Assembly: GCA_964480325.1 (NCBI GenBank) | Contig: CAYZOL010000001.1 | Coordinates: 3,717-32,450, forward strand | Origin: an uncultured Candidatus Saccharibacteria bacterium | GTDB taxonomy: Bacteria; Patescibacteriota; Minisyncoccia; Phycocordibacterales; UBA9973 | DNA length: 28,734 nucleotides | Direction of reading: 5' to 3' | Shown: one piece after another, positions 16,500 through 27,000 of the stretch | How positions within the stretch are numbered: the stretch's first letter is position 1 | Layout: each line of letters begins with the position of its first letter | Translations under genes and position numbers: made by a program | Notes under the pieces: model-generated | Told to the model about the DNA's origin: nothing | Databases searched by the model: none | Seen by the model: the letters and a program-made list of their open reading frames with translations, nothing else

Positions 16500-17504
16500 T
16501 TAAAAAGTGCCTGTGGCAACATATGTAATGGTACTAGAATAATTTCCCGCCCCGGTAACACCTGAAATATTGCCAACATATGAAGTAGTGTACAGACAGT
16601 TTGCCGGTGCACTTGTTGAAGATGCAATTGTAGTTGTGGTCGATGCCACAAAAGTATAAGCATCCACCGTACTATATCCGGATGAAATATTACATGTACC
16701 ATAAGTTGTTACAGGCTCAGCGCCAATATCGGGCGTTGCGTTGTTTTTTAAGTTAATACCAAACCCAGCAGTTCCAGGACTCGAGGCTCCAGAGGTGTAC
16801 ACAGGAATGGTGTATGATGGTGCTCCGTCATTTGTCAGGGTTGGCCCATTGTAAGTAATTACAAATCCGCTTGGTGCGTTTGAAAGTACTGAGAGTGTGT
16901 GGGTTCCGGTGCCAGCTGTAGCAGTTGAAATGGTGCCCAAGTTTACACTATTTGAAGATATTGCAAATGTTATTGTTGGATTAATTGTTGCACAATCTTC
17001 ATTTGAAGTTCCGATGACATAGCCAAGCGCGTCAATCGTTTGTACTACAAAACAATACTCCCCCGGTGTAAGCCCTGTGTAGGAATAACTTGTAACTAAT
17101 CCTACATCAGTATATGTATACGGCCCACCAGATACTGATGCTTTACCTGTTTTGTATGTGGAAATACTCCAACCCTGTGCTGAAGTGGAAGCACCCCATG
17201 CTAGATCCATATTGGCCCCGTTGGGAGTAGCAGTTAGTGTGCCAAGCTCAAGAAATGGGTAATATAAAAAACCGTAGTGTCCAATATATGTGGCGGAAGA
17301 CCCTACTCCAGAGAGCAATGTATTTCCTGAAGAATAAAGTTTGAAATTTGTAGAGGTACCATACGCACCGCCTGTTCCTACTATTGGATCTCTGACTATG
17401 AAATTAGTACTGGTTAAGTCACTACTGTATACAAATGAGAAAATGAAAAAGTTAAAAACAAAAAATAAAATTGGAAAATACTTTTTTTTAAAAACTTTAA
17501 TCAT
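16500..17504 (-). CDS. Secreted protein with an N-terminal STNF-repeat segment, a fibronectin type III domain and a WxL-like C-terminal domain
   Basis: Signal peptide; FN3 pattern (LAW...Y...YSYTGLTPGEYCFVVQTID); C-domain PTITFAISS...GNYSSTITYVATGTF. Confidence 0.65.
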   Translation of the reverse strand: MIKVFKKKYFPILFFVFNFFIFSFVYSSDLTSTNFIVRDPIVGTGGAYGTSTNFKLYSSGNTLLSGVGSSATYIGHYGFLYYPFLELGTLTATPNGANMDLAWGASTSAQGWSISTYKTGKASVSGGPYTYTDVGLVTSYSYTGLTPGEYCFVVQTIDALGYVIGTSNEDCATINPTITFAISSNSVNLGTISTATAGTGTHTLSVLSNAPSGFVITYNGPTLTNDGAPSYTIPVYTSGASSPGTAGFGINLKNNATPDIGAEPVTTYGTCNISSGYSTVDAYTFVASTTTTIASSTSAPANCLYTTSYVGNISGVTGAGNYSSTITYVATGTF

Positions 17505-17512
17505 TATATAAA

Positions 17513-17977
17513 TTAATACTGCAACATACCTCCAGTATTATTTTGAATATTTACATTCTTGTTGACAGCTTTTTCATCTACTACTAAAGGCGCAACTGTA
17601 ATAATTTTATTTATATTCGGGTTATACAAGATTGCCTTTTTTGCCTCTTTGTAAATCAAAACCTTGTCACCTACAGTAGCATCGACAAAAAAATCCTGAC
17701 CCTTGAGTAATGCCAAATTTGAAACTGTGGCAATTGTAGGCACCTCACCTTTTGGCAAAAGAATAAGCTTACCTACCTTTGAAACCAAGTCGCTGGTTTC
17801 TGCAGAAACTTCTGAGTTTACAGTATTTTCGTTCGAAGTCTCAATATATTTTTTATATACATAAAAGCTAGCGTAAGACACAACACTAACTACCAAAAGA
17901 AATACAACATAAAAAACAAAACCTCTATTCTTTAGGTTGTATTTTATTTCATCTCTCCAATCCAAAATTTTACTCAT
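17513..17977 (-). CDS. Small bitopic membrane protein of unknown function
   Basis: One N-terminal TM (FVFYVVFLLVVSVVSYASFYVY), then LILLPKGEVPTIATV...FFVDATVGDKVLIY...KAILYNP. Confidence 0.75.
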   Translation of the reverse strand: MSKILDWRDEIKYNLKNRGFVFYVVFLLVVSVVSYASFYVYKKYIETSNENTVNSEVSAETSDLVSKVGKLILLPKGEVPTIATVSNLALLKGQDFFVDATVGDKVLIYKEAKKAILYNPNINKIITVAPLVVDEKAVNKNVNIQNNTGGMLQY

Positions 17978-17986
17978 AACAAATAA

Positions 17987-17995
17987 AGTATATCA
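17987..17995 (-). promoter_or_regulatory. Extended -10 promoter TGATATACT
   Basis: Plus-strand agtatatca; 9 nt between the hexamer and ATG 17977. Confidence 0.55.
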
Positions 17996-18031
17996 TAAAA
18001 TAAAATACCTTAAGTCTAAATTTTGGTTTTA

Positions 18032-21000
18032 TTAAATATAAGTGTGCTTTTGTAACTTACTAAATGATTCTTTGTACATATTAAAAAATACTGACCATAT
18101 ATAACCAATGTCTCCGCCACCGCCACCGGCTCCACCGCCACCGGCTCCTGCGTCTGGATTACCTCCAGATTCTGTACCACTACCGCCACCTACGCCATTA
18201 CCACCACCTACTTGTGGATCTGGTGTAGCCGAAGACTCTACTCCTCCACCACCACCTCTTGATCTTGTAGTAAATATCCATCCTGAATTTGTGGATCCTC
18301 CAGTAGTATCATTCACACTGTTACTACCAGCATAAAATGAGGCGCCTCCTGTAGCAATACTGTCTCTAATTGACAAATAGTCTCCTTCCACCCCATACCC
18401 AATATTTGAATTTGTTATTGTCCAAGTAGATAGTGGTGTTGTGCTGTTTAAAGATATTAAATTACCTGCGCTCCCCCCAACGCTCCATGATGTGATTGTT
18501 GTATTTGTTCCGGCGGTAAAGTAGATGGTATGCGCTGCGGTACCACTATCTTTAAAATGCACAAAAGTATTTGATCCTGTAAGAGTGTAGCTTCCGCCTC
18601 CAGTACCTCCAGCAAACCAAATGTTTCCATATGTCTGCCCACCTCCGGCAAAGGTTTTACTTGTTGCAGAAGTGTCAGTGAGCTTGATAGTAGATGTACC
18701 CACTGTAAATGTACCTGAGGAATAAGTAAAGACTGTGCCAGTACCAGTAAGTTCCACTGTCGAAGTCCCTGGGGTAAATGTGCCTCCATTTAATGTTATC
18801 GAGCCAGAAGAAAAACTGTAATTTCCAGTGGAAAGAGTGCCAGCTGAAATAGTAGTTGCATTAGTCGTAGTAGTTGCCCCGCCAAGAGTTTTGGTGCCAC
18901 CACCAGAGGTTGTGAGGTTGTAATAAGTTCTTGAATTATCAATTGTCTGTGTACCATTTAGTGAGTAGTCCACAGTGGATCCAGAACTAAGTGTGACAGT
19001 TGTGAACCCTGCAGAATAACTTCCAGTGAATGTTGAAGCGCCAACATTTAGAGTTGCACCACTTGCAACAGTCAAAGTGTTTGTTCCATTACCGGTAAGT
19101 AAGTATGTTGATGGGTTAAGTGTTCCGGCTGAAACTGTGACAGTTCCATTTGTAGCCACAGTAGTTGCCCCACCAAGAGTTTTGGTACCACCACCGGAGA
19201 GAGTTAGATTATAATATGTCGGAGTATTGTCTATTGTTTGTGTACCATTTAGTGAGTAGTTGACCGTGGAACTAGAATTAAGATTTAAAGTTTCAAAGCT
19301 ACTATATGAACCAGCAAAGGTAGAATGCTGGACTCTGATTGTTCCGGTAACATCTAGCGTGTTGGTGCCAGAACCAGTAACGGTGTAACTAGTTGTTGGG
19401 TCAAATGTACCAGAAGTAACATTCATTTGACCATTTATAGTAATATTGTTGCCGGCCGTATATGTGCCTCCACCATTTAAAGTTAGATGATGATAAGTTG
19501 TACCTATTACTGTTTGCGTTGTACCACCTCCATACACAACAGTGTTCCCTGATGCTGTAGCAGTAAGAGTGGATACTGTTGGCATAGAGCCAGAGAAAGT
19601 AAGGACAGCGTTCGTGCCTTGAGTTAAAGTTGTGACTGTTGGATTAGAACCAGAGAAAGTTAGACCGTTACCAGAAGAGATGGTGTTAGATAGTGCAGTG
19701 ATGGTGTAGCTTTGAGTTCCATCGATTGTTTGAGCATTGGTACTAAATGTATATGTACCACTTCCTGATGAGAATGTAGAAGTGGAGTTAACAGTGAGTC
19801 CGCCTCTGAATTCATATGCTGGGTTGTTAGAGTTAGACCAAGTACCTCCGTTGTTTATCGTAACCGCACCCGTGAAAATATTTGTACCAGTAGCTGATGC
19901 ATCATTAAGCGTACCTGTTACTGACGTTGCCCCACCAACAGATATATCATAAGTAGAAAGTGAAAGTGTCCCAGCGGAAATAGTGAGCCCTCCAGTTATA
20001 GTAGTAGCGCCACCTAAGGTTATAGTATTACCACTAGTATTTTGAGTAAGATTATCCCAAGCACTTGTAGTGGATATTGTTCCTCCTCCACCAGTTATTG
20101 TGATGGTTCCACCATTTGACCCCACTCCAGCACCAATACTTATCGAACCTGAAGCGTTTGCATCATAGTCAGCATTAATGTTTACAGTAAGTGCACTGGT
20201 AGAGGCAGTGATGGCACTAGTGGTAGTGATGTTTCCGTACGCACGCAGATTGAGCGTGGCAGCACTCGCTCCAGCATGCGCGAATGCAGTCGTTGCTAGA
20301 GAAATATTTCCACCAGTAAGTAGTGTTACATTTTTATTTAAAATAGTGCTGGCAGAATTTATTGCAATATCACCAGAAGTAGTACCACCAATGTTTAGTG
20401 TACTACTTGTACCCCAAGCAATATAACCAAGTATTGTGTCCGTCAATGCCAAGGTTCCTGAACCTGATCCAATACCAACCGTATTAGAAGCAGTATAAGG
20501 TCGAATGGTTAAATCACCAACACTGCTTATGTCATTTGCTTCGTGTAATGATAAAGTATCAGCAATAACAGTTATCGTCCCGGAGCCGGTCGTTTGAAAA
20601 CCCAGACTACCCGCACTTACAAAATCAATGCTTACTCCATAATTTGTAGTAGTATCTCCCCCTCCACGAATACCAGTTATTGTTAGGTTGCCACTTCCTG
20701 TAGTTTTAATCGTACTACTAGTGTTAGTAACATACACACCGTAGTTATCACCACCAGTTCCTGCACCTCCACCAGTTCCAGTGACATTAAGTGCGCCGTT
20801 TACTGTTGAGATTACTCCGCCATTTTGAAGCCAGAAACCATAACTCTGATAGCTATTCCCTGTGCCACTTCCTACTCCTGTGATGTCAATGGTGCCCGTA
20901 CCAGTGTTTGTAATACTTACTCCTGATCCTGCCACACGAACGCCGATATTGTTCACCAAACTATCACCACCTGTACCGTTTATCACAATTGCACCCCCAG

Positions 21001-24000
21001 CAGCAGTTACATCAGCAGTATTTAGCATTACTCCTTCATTATTGATTGCTTCCCCTATATCATCCCCACCAGTTCCATTAACAGTTATATCACCTGAGCT
21101 TGAAGCAGTAAGACCATTAGGTGAACTTAGATAAACTCCGTAATTGTTCCCGCTATCAGTTGAATTACCACCAATACCTGTAATAGCTATATCTCCACTA
21201 CCACTTGTGTTAACTGCTGAGTTTGCGTCACTAAGACGTACACCAATATTATTCCCTCCATTTCCATCACCAGCTGTTCCTGAAATTGTTATATTTCCAT
21301 TGACACTTGAGATAGTGGCACCAGTTCTAATACTTACACCAAAGTCATTACTACTATTAGTGTTGCCTTTGCCTAAACCATTGATATCGATTGTCCCAGT
21401 ACCAGTAGTTGTTACTGAGGCACTTGCTCCATTTATATATACACCGTAATTGTCATTAGTAGTTGTATTATATCCTTGTCCATTTATTATTACATTTCCA
21501 CCTCCAGCAGAAACACCCACATTATTTATATATACACCATATGCTTGCCCTGAATTCCCTACTGCGTATCCAGAACCAGCTGAGATTGCTCCACTACCAC
21601 CACCCATCGTTATATTGCCACCATTTGATGTTAGACCAGCTGCGATGTTTATATATCCAGAAGTATCAGCATTACGGTCTGCGTTTAGCAACATTCCCAA
21701 AGTTCCTGAAGATGAAGAAATTGCAGCACTCACTATTATGTTTCGGTTTGCATACATTGTGAATGAGGTGTTTGCACCGGAAGATTTAGTAAAGGCATTA
21801 GAAACTGTAATATCCTGGGTTGCAGTAAAGGTAACTGCTGTGCCAGCATTTAAGAGTGTTTGAATATCTGTAACATTAACTACGCAGGCCCCTGAGGACG
21901 TATCGAAGTTAGGTGAGTTTGAACACGTAGTAGAAGCACTACTAATAGTTATGCTGCGCGGAGCCGCAGTAAATATCCATCCACTTCCAGCAGTTGCGAC
22001 AGAGTTGTTGTTGGTACTATTGGCACCGGCGTACCAATCTGCTCCGCCTTGAGCTACCGAGTGTTGCACACTCAAGAAATCAGATTCATTGGTTCCTGAA
22101 GAGTCTGAAAGTATGTGAGTAGCAGTTGAAGTGCTCCCTGCACCATCTCCAGAATTTATAGTGATAAGTTGTCCGGAGTTTCCTGTCACTGTCAAGGTAG
22201 TAACTGTAGTGGTAGTTCCAGCCGTAAAGAGTATTGAGTGAGCTACAGTACCATCATCCTTAAAATCAGCAAAAGTATTCGATCCTCGAATTTCGATAGT
22301 ACCTGTTCCTGTACCTGGCGCAAACCAGAAATTGTTATATGTTTTACCGTTCCCGGCAAATGTTTTTAAAGATGCAGATGAATCTGTAAATTTAATAGTT
22401 GAAGTTCCAGCCGATACAGCAGTACTCGAAGTATAATTAAACGCAGTGCCTGTACCAGTAATTGTAACGGTTGAAGATCCAAGCGTGAGTGTTGCGGTTC
22501 CTGATACTGATAATGTGCCTCCAGTTAATGCATAGTTGCCAGTATCAAGAGTCCCAGCACTTACTGTTATATCGCCGTTGGCAACAGTAGCTGCGCCAAG
22601 GGTTTTTGTACCGGAGGCACTAACTATTAAATGATGATAGGTAGTTCCCTTCACTGTTTGGGTTGTTCCGGTGTAATTTACTGTGTTGGGGCTGGCAGTC
22701 GCAGTAAGAGTTGTGATACCTGATGTACCTCCAATGTTTAAGGTACTACTTGTGCCTTGAGTTAGAGAACTTGCACCAGAGAGTGCTACTGTGACAGTGA
22801 GGGTACTATTGTTTGTAACAGCACTTGATACGGTCATGGTGTCATTCACTACTGTTGTTCCATCTACTGTGGCGGTTCCCGAACCATTCACTGTTAAGTG
22901 GTGGTAAGTTGTAGCTTTTATGGCTTGACTACTCCCCGTGTATTGCACCGTATTCGGTGATGCTGTAGCAGTGAGAGTCGTGATAGTTGGCACAGTACCA
23001 GAGAAAGTAAGGACGGCGTTAGTGCCTTGAGTGAGAGTTGTGACAGTTGGATTAGATCCAGAGAAAGTTAGACCGTTACCAGAAGAGATTGTGTTGGAAA
23101 GTGCAGTGATAGTGTAGCTTTGAGTTCCATCGATTGTTTGAGCATTAGTAGAGAATGTATATGTACCACTTCCTGATGAGAATGTGGAAGTTGAGTTAAC
23201 GGTGAGTCCGCCTCTGAATTCATACGCTGGGTTGTTGGAGTTAGACCAAGTACCTCCGTTGTTTATGGTTACCGCTCCAGTGAAAAGGTTGGTACCGGTG
23301 GCGGAGTCGTCGTTTAATGTTCCAGTGATGGAGGTGGTGCCGGTGACGGTTAAGTCTAGAGTTGAAAGTGCAAGTGTACCAGCGGTGATAGTTAGATTGC
23401 CGTTAGTTACTGTAGCTGCTCCTAATGTGGCTGTACCCGAACCGTTGATTGTTAAGTGGTGATACGTTGTCCCCTTCACTGTCTGAGTTGCTCCCGTATA
23501 CTGCACCGTATTCGGTGATGCTGTAGCAGTGAGAGTCGTGATAGTTGGCACAGTACCAGAGAAAGTAAGGACGGCGTTAGTGCCTTGAGTGAGAGTTGTG
23601 ACAGTTGGATTAGATCCAGAGAAAGTTAGACCGTTACCAGAAGAGATTGTGTTGGAAAGTGCAGTGATAGTGTAGCTTTGAGTTCCATCGATTGTTTGAG
23701 CATTAGTAGAGAATGTATATGTACCAGAACCGGATGAGAATGTAGAAGTAGAATTGACGGTAAGTCCACCACGGAACTCGAAGGCTGGGTTGTTGGAGTT
23801 ACTCCACGTACCTCCGTTGTTGACAGTGACGGCTCCGGTGAAGAGGTTGGTACCGGTGGCGGAGGCGTCGTTTAGGGTGCCGGTGACGGAGGTGGTGCCT
23901 CCAACAGTTGTATTATACGCACCAAGAGTCACAGTGCCTGCTGTAATGGTTAAATTGCCTGAAGTGTTAAATGCATCGCCCAACGCAAAAGTTCCACCAC

Positions 24001-27000
24001 TTCCATTTACAATAATATTCGAACCAAAAGTTTTTCCATTGCTTGTTATAGTTTTTGTTCCGCTAGTAGCATTTAAGGTTATGTCTCCTGTGTAGCTATT
24101 GGTCATACCTGAACCCATGGTTAAATCTCCAGATACAGTCATAGCTGTTGACCCAGCCAAAGTTCCAGTAAAACCAGAAAAACTAACATTTGCCCCAAGG
24201 GCAGTTGTAGTAGATATTGTAACTGTACCTGCACCTGAATTTGCATCAAAAAATACATTATTAGCTGCTGTAGGAACAGATGCCCCACCTGATCCACCTG
24301 TAGAAGTTGCCCACTTTGTACCTGCGGTTCCGTCCCATGCAGCGGTGCCACCCACCCAGTATCTGCCAGTTGCTGCAAAAACCCAGCCACTATTGCCCGA
24401 AACACTAGTACTATTTGTGGCACTCCATGTAGCTCCACCAGTTGCAGCAGAGTCTTGTATCGAACAATAATCACAGGTGTTCGTGCCTGTTGTGTCAGAA
24501 ATAGTTGCTGCACTACCACCCGACGAGCTTACAATAGTAACGATGTTCCCCGATGTGCCACTGATAGTCCATGAAGTCATGGTAGTAGTGACGCTCGCAG
24601 GAAATGTAATAGAATATGCCACAGATCCATCACTTTTAACATCGGCAAAAGTGTTCGCTCCAGTAATTGTATATGAACCACCCCCTGAGCCCCCTGCAAA
24701 CCACACATTATTGTATGTCTGCCCTCCTCCGGCAAAAGTTTTACTTGTTGCCGAAGTGTCAGTGAGTTTTATGGTCGATGTGCCAGGAGTTACAGTACCG
24801 GAAGAGTAAGTCCATACAGTACCTGTGCCTGTAAGTGATACCGTCGAGGACCCCATTGTAAAAGTTCCCCCTGTCATAGAAACACTTCCAGCAGAAAGAC
24901 TATAGTTAGATGTATCAAGCGTCCTACTAGAAATAGTTACTGCTCCGGTTGCGGTAGTCGCGCCACCTAGGGTCACCGTAGTAGCACCTAGATAGGTATG
25001 TATGTATCCAGCATTTATAACAGAAGCTGCTAGTTTCTCACCATCGGAAGACGAGGCGACGTTCCACCAGCTTTCTACTCCGAGACTTGTTTGCTCGGTC
25101 CAGTTGGCGCCAGAGTCAGTGGATCTATATATGTACCCATCCTGAACCACTGCAACTAGTTTTGTACCATCCGATGATGAAGCTATCCCCCACCAATTAC
25201 GTATGCTTGAATTTGTTTGTTGGGTCCAGTTTACACCAGAGTCCGTGGAAGTGTAGATGTAGCCAGTATTGTGTACAGCTGCTAATTTCACACCATCAGA
25301 AGATGAAGCAATAGAATACCAATTTCTAGAACCTGAGTTTGTCTGTTGGGTCCAGTTGACCCCAGAATCAGTGGAGGTGTAGATGTAGCCACCATCAACT
25401 CCAGCCACAAGCTTTGTCCCATCCGAAGATGATGCTATTGAGTTCCATGCTCGAGAACCGGAGTTTGTCTGTTGGGTCCAGTTGACCCCAGAATCAGTGG
25501 AGGTGTAGATATAGCCAGGATTCACAACTGCAACTAATTTTGTCCCATCAGATGATGAAGCAGCCGCAACCCAGGCTCTCGAACCAGAATTTGTTTGCTC
25601 CGTCCAGTTAGCCCCCGAGTCAGTAGAGGTGTAGAGATAGCCAGCGCTTGAGCCCGCTAATAATTTAGCCCCGTCAGAAGATGATGCCACAGCATACCAA
25701 GTACGTACCCCAGAATTCGTTTGCTGGGTCCAGTTTACACCGGAGTCGGTGGAGGTGTAAATGTAGCCACTAATGGTACCTGCCACTAATTTTGTACCAT
25801 CTGAAGACGAAGCTATGCCATACCAAGTACGTGAGCCTGAACCAGTTTGCTGAGTCCAGCTCCCTCCATTGGAACCAGAAACTTTTAAGTTGTAATAAGT
25901 CAAAGTATTGTCGACAGTTTGTGCACCACTGAGAGCGTAATCGACGGTAGAATATGTATTTAAATTAATTGTCTCAAATGATACATAAGATCCGGCAAAT
26001 GTAGAGTGTTGTACTTTCAAGACAGCAGGGGCAACGGACGACGCTCCTGTGACATTGAGTGTATTTGTACCAGATCCTGTAACTGTATAGCTAGATGTAG
26101 GGTCCAAAGTCGCAGAACCTTGTAATGTTAAGTTACCATTAACTATCACATTACCTCCAAGGGTCTTTGTACCACTTACGATAGCATCCATAATCAAATG
26201 GTGATAAGTAGTCCCCTTCACTGTTTGGGTAGAGCCAGTGTATTGCACCGTATTCGGTGATGCTGTAGCAGTGAGCGTGGTGATTGTAGGAACAGTACCA
26301 GAGAAAGTAAGGACTGCATTTGTGCCTTGAGTGAGAGTTGTCACTGTTGGATTAGAACCAGAGAAAGTTAAACCATTACCAGAAGAGATTGTGTTTGATA
26401 GTGCCGTGATGGTGTAGCTTTGAGTACCTCCTATAGTCTGCGCATTGGTACTGAATGTATAAGTACCTGATCCTGATGTAAAGGTAGAAGTGGAGTTAAC
26501 AGTGAGTCCGCCTCTGAATTCATACGCTGGGTTGTTAGAGTTAGACCAAGTACCTCCGTTGTTGACTGTGACGGCTCCAGTGAAAAGGTTGGTACCGGTG
26601 GCGGAGTCGTCGTTTAGAGTGCCGGTGATGGAGGTGGTGCCGGTGACGGTTAAATCAAAAGTAGAAAGTGCCAGTGTGCCGGCGGAAATAGTCATGTTCC
26701 CTGAAACGGTAGTATTGCCACCGAGAGTTTTTGTACCTGTACCCGAGGAAGTAAGATTATTGAAAGTAATAGTTCCTGATGTAGCTGTAGCTGTTCCGTT
26801 ACCTGAAAGGGTAACAGTCGATGTTCCTACCGTAAAAGTACCACTAGCATGTTTGGTAAAAAGTGTGCCCGATGTACCAGAGAGTGTAATTGTAGATGCA
26901 TTGGCTGTAAGCGTACCTGTGCTTGAGATATTGATAGTCGTACCTGAGAGTGACCTGCTGGTACCGTCACTGGTGTTTAGTGTCCCATTGATTGTAATGG

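Noticed and set aside
2452-16702. Short alternative-frame or antisense ORFs overlapping the ligase-like gene, leuS, ychF, cohesin and WxL-like genes (e.g. 2452-2862, 8221-8406, 8321-8716, 9848-10237, 12701-13195, 16472-16702)
   Set aside because: They lie wholly or largely within well-supported genes, have no recognisable motifs, and show shadow-like composition.
24985-25860. Regular 126-nt repeats as a possible CRISPR array
   Set aside because: The repeats are in-frame and degenerate at synonymous sites, with no constant-repeat/unique-spacer structure and no cas genes.
19484-26682. Near-identical repeats as a template/variable pair of a diversity-generating retroelement
   Set aside because: All copies are coding, differences are not confined to adenines, and there is no reverse transcriptase in the window.
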